From the IMG/VR virus record IMGVR_UViG_3300023108_000017: a stretch of 64,000 nucleotides of DNA. One strand, given 5' to 3'. Positions 54,944 to 64,000 of the stretch are shown here, one piece after another (position 1 is the first letter of the stretch; the number at the start of each line of letters is the position of its first letter). The notes below the pieces were generated by a model. The model made no database searches. It was not told where the DNA came from and saw only the letters and a list, made by a program, of their open reading frames with translations. The translations under genes and the position numbers were made by a program. This stretch comes from an uncultured virus (IMG/VR IMGVR_UViG_3300023108_000017) (Duplodnaviria > Heunggongvirae > Uroviricota > Caudoviricetes).

Positions 54944-56478
54944 TTATAAGCCCAAGACATGTTTAGTGAATATTGACCTTCAGTAGAGTTCCAATTTTCT
55001 GTAGCCTGCTTAAGCATTACATATCCCGCAGATGAAGGTGATGGCGCTGCATTGCTTATTAGGCTATTTATCTGATCTCTAGTGTCGCTGTGAACAGATG
55101 GGCTGGCGGTAATGTTGTCGCTCATAATTAATTCTACGTTTAAAGTTCTTTCATATTCTGTGGTCGTGTTCATATATTGAAATACGGGGCCGTCCCTCTT
55201 GCCCATTATCTGGATAGAAGCATAAACATCGGTAGGATAAGAATCTGAAACGCTGATACTTTCAGAAATAGATCCAGTAACCACATTTGTGGGTCTATTG
55301 TCATAGGTAATGTTGTAGCTAATAGCACCATCAGCGCTGGCTGAATCTGCAACAGAAATACTTTTAGGGATAGCGTTTAGAACAGAACCGCAGGCGCTTT
55401 GCGCCCTAGAGTAAACAACCGAACCCATTCCATAGCTACCATTGCCAGAAATACGATTTAATACATCTTGAGCGCCACCTCCAGCTCCCGCCAGAACAGA
55501 TTGTCTAGAATCGGTTGGCGCTCCTATTGAATATCCATTAAGTTTTCCATCTACGGTTACGGAAACTAATCTTGAGCTTGCGTCATTTTGAACCGTAGTG
55601 TTAAAAGTTTCAAACGCTCCCAGTTGTTTTAGAGTGCCGCCAGAACTATTGGCCCAGTACCCATTAATAGTGACTGAATAGCTCAATTCTGCTAAGTCTA
55701 TATTAACAGCGGTAGACATTCGCATTATGGAAGCACCTTGAATGTACTTATAATGATCTGTAACAACGTATGGTGAATATTCATTTATAGCCATCCTGCT
55801 GTCTACAAAAGCTTTAACGCCACTACATGCATTTGCATAAAAGGTTGATGAGTTATTAACGTCAGCGCCAACGGCTGGCCTGCCTTTAGCGCTACAGGTT
55901 CTAGTAAATCTATATACCTGAGCGCCCGGATCGTCATAAAGTTTACCAAGCGAATCATCTGGTTCATAAGAAAAAACGTCTGAAAAAGAAGCTAAGGGTA
56001 TTGCCACCTTGTTGCTGGTATTTCCGTGCGTCTCGCTAGTAATAGCCCCCTTGGTAGAGTCAGATGGGCTAAAAGAATCAAAGACAATATCATACCTAGT
56101 AACACCTGCAAAATTAGAAGGCTGAACTGAAACCCTTGGATTAGTTATATTAAAAGTAGTAGTACCACCAGACTGAGAGGCTGAAGATCTTACTTCTAAA
56201 GTAGTCGCATCTTCAAAAAAGCTTTGAACACTAACTAACTGCCCCAAATTAGACGTTGAGCTACAGCCAACAGCAAAGCAGGACAAAGTAACAGTAGTTT
56301 CGTATCCAAGGAGATGATTTCCTTGAATTACAGGATTTTCAGACCAACCTATTTGCGGGGGTGGTGTTATGTAGAAGCCTCCACCGGTTCTTTTGTTAAC
56401 TATAATAGCTGCGGAGTTAGAAGCTGAAGACCCAGCTGCACTTGATTGAGAAAATTTAATCTCTTGTTCACAGGACAT
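54940..56478 (-). CDS. putative tail structural protein
   Basis: beta-rich, repeated strand-Y-x-I/V-x-F/Y modules; Ser/Thr-rich. Confidence 0.6.
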   Translation of the reverse strand: MSCEQEIKFSQSSAAGSSASNSAAIIVNKRTGGGFYITPPPQIGWSENPVIQGNHLLGYETTVTLSCFAVGCSSTSNLGQLVSVQSFFEDATTLEVRSSASQSGGTTTFNITNPRVSVQPSNFAGVTRYDIVFDSFSPSDSTKGAITSETHGNTSNKVAIPLASFSDVFSYEPDDSLGKLYDDPGAQVYRFTRTCSAKGRPAVGADVNNSSTFYANACSGVKAFVDSRMAINEYSPYVVTDHYKYIQGASIMRMSTAVNIDLAELSYSVTINGYWANSSGGTLKQLGAFETFNTTVQNDASSRLVSVTVDGKLNGYSIGAPTDSRQSVLAGAGGGAQDVLNRISGNGSYGMGSVVYSRAQSACGSVLNAIPKSISVADSASADGAISYNITYDNRPTNVVTGSISESISVSDSYPTDVYASIQIMGKRDGPVFQYMNTTTEYERTLNVELIMSDNITASPSVHSDTRDQINSLISNAAPSPSSAGYVMLKQATENWNSTEGQYSLNMSWAYK

Positions 56479-56479
56479 A

Positions 56480-59400
56480 TTAATACCCAGAAGAAAATAA
56501 TGAAAAATTAATATCAGTAGAACTTATGCCGCCAGTAAATAAACCAACATAAGCAACACTATTTGTACCAGAAGGGCAATGAGCGTATAAGTTTATATCG
56601 TTTCCTTCCCGTATGTTCCCAAGCGCTATTGTACTTAATCCTAAAGTATTATACACATTAGAATTGTCTGGAACACTACAATAAAGCGGAATATCGACGC
56701 TAGAAAGGCCTAAAACAGATTTTGTATATAGTGATAATGATTGAGATTCTATATCTCCTTCATCGTCTGCAACCCTGCCGTAGACAGCCTTTATTACAGG
56801 TCTGTGTATTGAAAAACCCTTAAGATTACTATCTTGACCAGAAGCCTCTATAAAGATTTCTCCTTCTGTATTACTATAAATAAATCCAGTTGTGTGATAA
56901 GTTGTGTCTAAAGTGCTATTGTCAATGCTAAGACTTACCTTTTGGTTTGGATAACCAAATACACTAGCGTTCATAAAGCATTGTTCATCTGGAACAAATG
57001 GGGGAGTATCTCTAAGCATAGCATCAAAAAGAAAAGCGGCTCCAGCTTTCTCCAAGTCTCCAGAAATGTGTGTGCCACTCGTTGCAAATTTATGATTAGG
57101 GGTTCCAATTGCTATTGTGTAATCGGCATCTGTTCGCTTAGGCCTAAAAAGAGCTATGTTTCTTCCGAAATGCTCATTCTCTGTGCCAGAAGCGACAACT
57201 TGAGATACTTCGTCGTAGCTTTGTTGTAATCTGGACTTGTAACCATCAGGTATAAGCTTTTCAACCAAGGTCCAAGATTGTTCTTTTGTTTTAGCATTAG
57301 TAATTTTGTTTTCAAATGTGTAAACAGCGCCATTGTTCATGACACCACTAATGATACCAATTAAATCTCTAACCTCTGGATCACCCAAGTCTATAAGCTC
57401 TCTGGCTTGAGCGTCATATTCAAAATTAAAAGACTTAAACTCAAAAGCCCCTTCGATAATGGTTGTGCTGGACAGATCTACATTGATAGAATAGTCGTGT
57501 CCCGGCGCTCCTACGGCAAGTAGATCACTATAAATTTTTACGAAACTTCCAAACTGGTCAGTAAAGGTTGAATACTTTAAAAGATCATCTAAGGAATAAT
57601 CGTTTTCGCCCAAATGTTCTATAAGTTTAGATTCTATTGAGCTATCTAAGTCTTGACCAACGCCGATGCTCTTTGGTCTTAATTTAGAAATAAATTGCCA
57701 AGGTATTCCGCGACCAGAAAGTGTTACTCCTTCTCCTGTTTTTTCATAAATGTAAACTGATCCAGCGCCACCATTTCTGCTGGTAATAGTACCAAACGGC
57801 TGTGTGTAACTTTCTGTTTCTTGAACAACACCGCTCCAACTAATAGGCTGTTCTTCGTAATAGGCGGCGAAGGGAGAACCCACAACAAGCTTCCCTCTAT
57901 GATAATCTATAGAATATCCAAAAAGGTCTCCGGGATACCCAGAAACAAAAACGTCTGGATCTATAAAATCTGCTCCATGCGCGTCAATAATAGACGGCTT
58001 TCCACCAAGTATATTTGAGTCTTCGTAGTAAACGCCACCTACTTCTTGATTGAACTTTGAATTAGATCCATAAAAGTTTTGACTATCTCTAAATTTAGAA
58101 AACACAGCTGAAGAATTTTCACTTGTTAAATCTGGACGTTGAGCCGTTTCATAGTTTAAGGTTTCATTGAACATGTAAAGATTATTACCAGAGTTTACTA
58201 TAGGATTATTTTCTGGAATAAACCTTTCTATCAAGCCGCTGTTGCCAATGTTAGCAAACAGCCGCGCAGGGCTACTTCTTTCTGGAGCGATAATTTTGGT
58301 AACCGAAGTGGCAGAAAAAAGCTTAGAATTTTCATTTTCTGGAAAAACAGTGTCTGGGTAAAGACTTCTAATAAAGTTTGCATTTTCCTCTATTACTTCT
58401 CCGCTACGGAAGATGCATGGACCCTCAATAATGCTAGCATCACTAATTAGCGTAATTCTAGATTGATTTATACCCTGCCTTGTAGGACTGCCATAATACA
58501 ACTCCTGAGCAACCACTACTGGACCATCGTTGATTTTAGCATCTTCAAAAATATTGCTACAATCATCTAGCCTAAAGAAATCAACATTGCCGGGGCAATA
58601 TTTATTGCTATTAGAGTTCATTGGAAATGGGTCGGGAAACTCTACAGTAGTAGTAAAAGCCTCAGAACCCGGATCTGTAATCTCCCACTCGTATCTAGGA
58701 ACGCGAGACATTAGTGGAGATTCTATTACGTCAACTAACGCTCCAGAAATTCCAACTAAAGCAACCGTGCTTGGCGCTTCATCATACTTAAAGCCAACCC
58801 GAGAGCTATTGCCAGAAATAAAGAAAGACACTTCATCTACACCGGGAAGAGTGTGGAATTCTATAATATTAGATTTAAGTAAGGTGTCTTGACTCCTTCC
58901 TCCAATTTGAGAAATAACGCCAACTGGGCCATGAAACACAGAACTAAAAGTATCATCAGAATTTAAATTGTAAATGTCTTGATCGGGGGGAATAAAGGGA
59001 GAAGTAAAGCTAGGTAAAGCGTTGCAATTGGTCACGTAAACGGTTAGAGGTTCTTTTTCATAGAATGAATAAGCAGCGGTATCTAAAAAGACTCTGTAAG
59101 CAGTGTTGGGCCGAACGGGGAAAGAAATACGGGCAGTGCCACTCTTCATGTAGTAAAAGCCCAAATCATAAAATTTATCATCAACAATTCCATGATTCAG
59201 AGATGCTATAGCTGTTCCATTCTGAAGATTAATAGGTATAAAATTAGAAGTTCTTGTGTCTAATGTAATTTCATAAATATCATCTCTACTTGGAATAAAG
59301 CCATATCTAGCGCGATAGTTATAAGGATTGATGTCGGGATAAAATCTACTTAAACTTGTTTCGAATCTTTGTAGAAAATAAAAGTTTCTATTATTGTAAT

Positions 59401-62400
59401 CAACGTCTTGCGTATTATGTGCATATCTAGACTTGTTTGTTAGATAAAGCGGCTTCATGGTTAAGCCAAGTTTTTCTAGCAATATTTCTGCATTCTTTGC
59501 CGAAATCTCGTTATCATAAGTTACGATTATTTTTTTATCTTCTTGATTAAGCCATTTTTTAAGTGTCTCGATCTCTTGATCCGATGGGGCATTAAGGGGA
59601 TTGGCAACCCAGCAAACATCGTATCTATTTCCGTTAGGATGTCCAGAAATTAGTTGAGACAAACTAACATTGGTTGAAACTGTGTTTCCAGTATTCCTTA
59701 GAACAAGCTCGATGATAGAATCTGGATTAGCGTCCTTGAAGCCAGAGCGACCAGCCCAAGAATTTATTTGGGCCACGTAAGAAGAACCAAATCGGTTTTT
59801 AGCAACCATATTAAAGTAGAAGTTAATGTTTTTATCACCGAGGCCAGTGTAAAGAATTTCTAGATTTTCAGTAGCTAAAGTTCCTATTAAAAATAATTGA
59901 CTATTTTTAGTCTCTGGAATGCTCTCAGACGCAGCTAAGTGACACGCATCAGAAACCACGACCTCTCCAAGGGTTGTGTCAATGCCATTAGAGGATTTGG
60001 ATTGTAATATAGGATTTAAGCCCATCTTGTAGGGAGGATTAAAAAACTTGTTAGTATTAGAATTTAAATTTACATTTGTATTTAAACTATTGTAAAGCTC
60101 TAACTCTTCTGTCCATCCAAATTCAATTTCTCCCGTGGTAAGATTTCCGTAGGCTGGAGAAACATCTGTTTGCACGTAATCGTAATACTGAAAAAGACCA
60201 GAGGTTGGCGGTATGGCGGGAATGTTTACTACCTGTGGTTCTTTGTAATATCCAGCTACCATTAATGGAACTGGAGGTTGCTTGCCGGGGAATCGCTCTG
60301 CAAATAAATTAGGCCAATTCATTACGCCGTCTTCACTATTCCAGTTAGTTCTTAAATCGCCAGAGTGAGTCAGGGGTGGAGAACAGTAGTCGTTGTGCTG
60401 TCTGTAATACTCTGAGCATGTATAGTATTCATAAACATCTGGGGCGTGAATTCTAATATCTGCAACTCCGTTTCCAAAGACATTAGCGCTTGTGTCAACA
60501 TATGTATCTATAGAATTTTCTGGCCTAAAGGAAGGTAGTATATTTGGCCTAAGAGGACAAGAACCCTGAGTGCTAAGAGCAGCACTTTCAGTATTGGGGG
60601 TGTTAACTAGTCTCATAGAAGAATCTAATTTTGAAAGTATGTTGTTCAAAATAGGATTAGATTGATTAAATCTTCCGGCTTGCTCGAAATTTCCATCGTT
60701 GCCAACAAGAACTAAATTTCTATCACCAAGATTTAACCAGTTTTTAATTCTATTCATCACTTCGATATTACTAAAATCTACCTCTGGGCAAATGATCATT
60801 AACATCCCAGCGTCTTCAGGTATCTCAAAGTCGCTAAAGTCTGTTCTATTGAAAGATATTCCAGAAGGACTAAATAAATTTGAAAAATGATCGAACGATT
60901 CTGGGAAGCTCTGTTCATATAAAGCTTTATCTTTGTTTCCAAACTTTGAATATTCTACAACACGATTATGCCTAAAATACTTAATAGAATCTAAAACTCT
61001 AACAGCTCCAGCATTAACATAGGAAGGCCATAGTATCTGGCCGGAATTGTCGGGGTTGTAATACGAGTTTGTGTCATCTAACTCGTCTAAACTATCAGTT
61101 GGACAACCGAATGCTACAGATTCTCCAGCGTCTTCTACGGCTACGCTGTATCCCATTCTAGAAGTTGGTGCAAACTCTTCTAATAAACTTAAGTAAGTAC
61201 CCTTGTAGTCGATGTCTGTATAACTATAGGTGAAATTGTGCTTGTATTCTTGTATTGGCTTATCACCCCAGAAATCAACATCGTGTCTGTAGTCGTATTT
61301 TTCCTGATGTGAAAGCTCAAAGAATAAAGATCTGTATACACCAGAATCTCCGTCTATGAAATTACCAGAAGCTCTCAAATTTTCTATAGTGAACTTTAAA
61401 TAAGCATATCTTTCGTTTAGCTCGTCTTTTTCTAAATGATAATCTACCCAACTTTCAATATTGCTATACATTCTATGTTGTTCTCTTGGGTCTCTCTCGT
61501 AAACCATTATAGCTTCATTGATATACGGAGATCCTATTGCCAAAATAGATCCATCTTCACTCATCTTAATAGATTTACCAAACAGATCAGGAGTGATAGT
61601 ATTGTCTTCGGTGGGAGAATTAATTTGTTGAATCAAGTTCCAAGAATCAGATTCTTTTTCGAATAAGTAAACACAACCACCGCTACTGGGTGGAATGTTA
61701 AACTCAGGGAGATTTTCATTGAAAACTCCAAAAGTAGAAGGGTCTGTCAAAAGACTTAAATGATTATTAGTAGCAAGTCTTCCGCTGTCTAGCGTGAAGT
61801 CAATGACAGTAGTTGTTTGTAAAATCCAATTTTCATCCAAAGAGGTAGTAGAAAGTACGGCTCCAGATGAAGGATTTCCAAAAACATCCGTAACGCCACT
61901 TTGGAAGGCGTATTCTTGGTAATGTTCTTTAAACCTGCTAAGGGCTGGCTCTATTGCTGAAGAACCTAAAGATCTAGAGTTATCAACATACACGCCCAAG
62001 ATTGCTGGTATATTATTGTGCTGCTTGTTTGTATCATATGGATAAAGTTCATAGAAAGCATTTTTTATTTGATCTAATATTTCATCGTCTATGTCTAAGA
62101 ATTCTTGACTACCATAAGCCTCTTCTCTATGTCTAGTGATTGGTTTTTTGACAATAAAAGAAGGTTGTGGTTCTGGGAAACTTGGGCTTGGCTGTATGTC
62201 TGGATCAATCGGATGAAATATCACGATATTTATATTCAAAGAGATGGTTGGTAGCGAGTAATAAGTATACAATAGATTTTTAGAAGTAATAGATTTAACA
62301 ATGTCCCTGTAGGTTAGCGTGTATTCCTCGCCCCTTATTGTCACAGTAAAGCTAGGCAAAAATTCGTCGGTAAAAACAAAGAAAATTATATCATTGCTTT

Positions 62401-63967
62401 GTACTTGTAAGTCAGGAAATGTTCTAGACCACTGGGCGTTTGGAGCAGAAACTGCAATTATTTCTCTATTATCGCTATTAATCCAAGGGTCATCGTTTGG
62501 AACAGAGCATATATGAATATTATTTCCAAAATTTCTTCCTTCTTGACCAAGGTTCCAATTCCTCAAAATAATATCAATTCCATCTTCTTGGGTTGTTGGA
62601 GTGTCAGTGTAATAATCTCTCAGTATTCCAGACGGAAGCCTCAATTGTCCTTCTAAATACCATCCAGCTTTGTTGCTAACAATTTGGTCAAAATCAGGCT
62701 CTGGACCTCGCCTATAAAGAAAGACTGTTCCTGCATCTTGAAGGGTGTACCCCAGCTCGTCTTGAAAAGAAAAGTGGGGAGATCCAACAGCGAGTAAATC
62801 TCCATTCATAGAAAGACTGCTACCATACTGATCTCCAGCATTCCTTCCGTTCTGCACAAATGGGCTATCACCAATAAGCTTCAATCCAGAGTAAGCAACG
62901 TCGCTACCATCAATGGTATATTCCCAGCTGGCTAATTCTTTGGGAGCAGTAATCTTTGCTGAAGATCCAGATTGGCCTATAATATTTATGAAATATTTTT
63001 GCAAAGGCAATAACTTGTCGAGTTTTCTAAAACCATAAAAATGCCCACTGTAAGGAACTTCAGATCCAAAGGCGTTTATGTCTAAATTAGTATAAACATC
63101 TGAGGCTCTAAGAATGCCACCATCAACACAAACTGGATCAAACCAAACAGTGTCATGAGTTTCAACGCTTACGTCTTCGCAAGTACCTTGACCGCAACCT
63201 CCATAACAAATAAGTTGAACACCACGAATAGCGTCTGTTGCGGGAACGGTTGCGTAAACATCGTCGTTAGGCTCAGAATTCAAGCCAAAGTCATAAGAGT
63301 CCCATTTAATTAAATAATTATTAGCCAAAAATAAACCAAGGCTATCAGAAATGTTTTGAAATGATACATAATTTTCAATATATAGAGACATTCCTTCAGC
63401 AGCAGGCGCTTCTTGAAAAAAGCCAGAAATATATAAGCTGCATGAAGAAGTTTCAACAGGAGTTCTTGAGAACTCAAGCTGCCACAAAGAAAGCATCAAT
63501 GATGAATCTGAAACGCTATAGTCAGCAACGTCAATGCTTAAATGTAATAAATTGTCCACCGGCAGTCCGGGTGGATTATCTTTGGCTACAAACAAGTTGA
63601 GATAAGGGTTGTCTTCGTCTGAAAGTATATTTTCAGCACCATTAACAAATATGGGCATATAGTCAAATGGATCTAAATTATTATCGCCCCCGCCGTCTCC
63701 ATCGCCGCCTCCTTCTCCTCCCCCGTCGTCATCGTCTTGGTTTATGAAAGGATTGTTAAAAGAAAATGTTGTCAGGGTATGAAGAGACATGGAGGAGTAA
63801 TAAACATTATCGCCAGAAGCATAAAGGTTCATTTCATATTCTGGAGGTGTCTGTCCAGAATGATATAAATTCAATTGATCATAAGAATATTCCTTGCCGT
63901 TGACAAAAAGATTAATATCATCTTTTTGGTAGTAATCACCGCCAACGAATAAATTAAAACCTGCCAT
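56480..63967 (-). CDS. 2495-aa FG-GAP (integrin-alpha-like) beta-propeller virion protein with inserted domains
   Basis: seven FG...GAP...G.VY-type repeats, e.g. GDQYGSSLSMNGDLLAVGSP and DQFGSFVKIYSDLLAVGAPG; AGGA RBS. Confidence 0.8.
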   Translation of the reverse strand: MAGFNLFVGGDYYQKDDINLFVNGKEYSYDQLNLYHSGQTPPEYEMNLYASGDNVYYSSMSLHTLTTFSFNNPFINQDDDDGGGEGGGDGDGGGDNNLDPFDYMPIFVNGAENILSDEDNPYLNLFVAKDNPPGLPVDNLLHLSIDVADYSVSDSSLMLSLWQLEFSRTPVETSSCSLYISGFFQEAPAAEGMSLYIENYVSFQNISDSLGLFLANNYLIKWDSYDFGLNSEPNDDVYATVPATDAIRGVQLICYGGCGQGTCEDVSVETHDTVWFDPVCVDGGILRASDVYTNLDINAFGSEVPYSGHFYGFRKLDKLLPLQKYFINIIGQSGSSAKITAPKELASWEYTIDGSDVAYSGLKLIGDSPFVQNGRNAGDQYGSSLSMNGDLLAVGSPHFSFQDELGYTLQDAGTVFLYRRGPEPDFDQIVSNKAGWYLEGQLRLPSGILRDYYTDTPTTQEDGIDIILRNWNLGQEGRNFGNNIHICSVPNDDPWINSDNREIIAVSAPNAQWSRTFPDLQVQSNDIIFFVFTDEFLPSFTVTIRGEEYTLTYRDIVKSITSKNLLYTYYSLPTISLNINIVIFHPIDPDIQPSPSFPEPQPSFIVKKPITRHREEAYGSQEFLDIDDEILDQIKNAFYELYPYDTNKQHNNIPAILGVYVDNSRSLGSSAIEPALSRFKEHYQEYAFQSGVTDVFGNPSSGAVLSTTSLDENWILQTTTVIDFTLDSGRLATNNHLSLLTDPSTFGVFNENLPEFNIPPSSGGCVYLFEKESDSWNLIQQINSPTEDNTITPDLFGKSIKMSEDGSILAIGSPYINEAIMVYERDPREQHRMYSNIESWVDYHLEKDELNERYAYLKFTIENLRASGNFIDGDSGVYRSLFFELSHQEKYDYRHDVDFWGDKPIQEYKHNFTYSYTDIDYKGTYLSLLEEFAPTSRMGYSVAVEDAGESVAFGCPTDSLDELDDTNSYYNPDNSGQILWPSYVNAGAVRVLDSIKYFRHNRVVEYSKFGNKDKALYEQSFPESFDHFSNLFSPSGISFNRTDFSDFEIPEDAGMLMIICPEVDFSNIEVMNRIKNWLNLGDRNLVLVGNDGNFEQAGRFNQSNPILNNILSKLDSSMRLVNTPNTESAALSTQGSCPLRPNILPSFRPENSIDTYVDTSANVFGNGVADIRIHAPDVYEYYTCSEYYRQHNDYCSPPLTHSGDLRTNWNSEDGVMNWPNLFAERFPGKQPPVPLMVAGYYKEPQVVNIPAIPPTSGLFQYYDYVQTDVSPAYGNLTTGEIEFGWTEELELYNSLNTNVNLNSNTNKFFNPPYKMGLNPILQSKSSNGIDTTLGEVVVSDACHLAASESIPETKNSQLFLIGTLATENLEILYTGLGDKNINFYFNMVAKNRFGSSYVAQINSWAGRSGFKDANPDSIIELVLRNTGNTVSTNVSLSQLISGHPNGNRYDVCWVANPLNAPSDQEIETLKKWLNQEDKKIIVTYDNEISAKNAEILLEKLGLTMKPLYLTNKSRYAHNTQDVDYNNRNFYFLQRFETSLSRFYPDINPYNYRARYGFIPSRDDIYEITLDTRTSNFIPINLQNGTAIASLNHGIVDDKFYDLGFYYMKSGTARISFPVRPNTAYRVFLDTAAYSFYEKEPLTVYVTNCNALPSFTSPFIPPDQDIYNLNSDDTFSSVFHGPVGVISQIGGRSQDTLLKSNIIEFHTLPGVDEVSFFISGNSSRVGFKYDEAPSTVALVGISGALVDVIESPLMSRVPRYEWEITDPGSEAFTTTVEFPDPFPMNSNSNKYCPGNVDFFRLDDCSNIFEDAKINDGPVVVAQELYYGSPTRQGINQSRITLISDASIIEGPCIFRSGEVIEENANFIRSLYPDTVFPENENSKLFSATSVTKIIAPERSSPARLFANIGNSGLIERFIPENNPIVNSGNNLYMFNETLNYETAQRPDLTSENSSAVFSKFRDSQNFYGSNSKFNQEVGGVYYEDSNILGGKPSIIDAHGADFIDPDVFVSGYPGDLFGYSIDYHRGKLVVGSPFAAYYEEQPISWSGVVQETESYTQPFGTITSRNGGAGSVYIYEKTGEGVTLSGRGIPWQFISKLRPKSIGVGQDLDSSIESKLIEHLGENDYSLDDLLKYSTFTDQFGSFVKIYSDLLAVGAPGHDYSINVDLSSTTIIEGAFEFKSFNFEYDAQARELIDLGDPEVRDLIGIISGVMNNGAVYTFENKITNAKTKEQSWTLVEKLIPDGYKSRLQQSYDEVSQVVASGTENEHFGRNIALFRPKRTDADYTIAIGTPNHKFATSGTHISGDLEKAGAAFLFDAMLRDTPPFVPDEQCFMNASVFGYPNQKVSLSIDNSTLDTTYHTTGFIYSNTEGEIFIEASGQDSNLKGFSIHRPVIKAVYGRVADDEGDIESQSLSLYTKSVLGLSSVDIPLYCSVPDNSNVYNTLGLSTIALGNIREGNDINLYAHCPSGTNSVAYVGLFTGGISSTDINFSLFSSGY

Positions 63968-64000
63968 TTTATTATCCTATGTCAAATTGTTAAGAGTTCT

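Noticed and set aside
1..64000. Stop-codon reassignment, tRNA genes, integrase or attachment sites
   Set aside because: Standard-code ORFs tile the window almost without gaps and all three stops are used. No cloverleaf-sized gap or recombinase motif was recognised by eye.

Overview
A densely coding, AT-rich 64-kb fragment of a large tailed dsDNA bacteriophage, read in the standard genetic code. Gene content resembles uncultured aquatic phages, and a PVC/Planctomycetota-type host is a weak inference only. Bases 1-45.7 kb are transcribed on the + strand. They encode nucleotide metabolism (two deaminases, a nucleoside-deoxyribosyltransferase-like enzyme, class II NrdJ, dUTPase, dNMP kinase, PhoH), a sigma-like factor and an unusual candidate lysis cassette (TM-PAS protein, holin-like protein, papain-fold peptidase). 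They also encode a modular tail-fibre cassette with three Mtd-like anchors, a bacterial-type replisome (DnaB, DnaG, two SSBs, RecA-like, Cas4-like, annealase) and at least seven glycosyltransferase-family genes. A bidirectional terminator at ~45.75 kb separates this arm from a - strand block of large, mostly unassignable virion proteins. Highlights: (1) a DnaE polymerase split into two genes with no intein, with a DEDDh proofreading exonuclease and a putative endonuclease inside the break and a degenerate PHP domain; (2) a PAS-domain membrane protein beside a holin and a cysteine peptidase; (3) a 2495-aa integrin-alpha-like protein with seven FG-GAP blades and a MIDAS-like insert between blades 2 and 3; (4) a large replication-linked glycosylation locus; (5) a repeated anchor/docking grammar in the fibre genes, including a 34-aa micro-ORF missed by the ORF track. 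No tRNA, rRNA, CRISPR array, integrase, terminase or capsid gene was recognised. All family calls come from motif recognition by eye, not from database searches.
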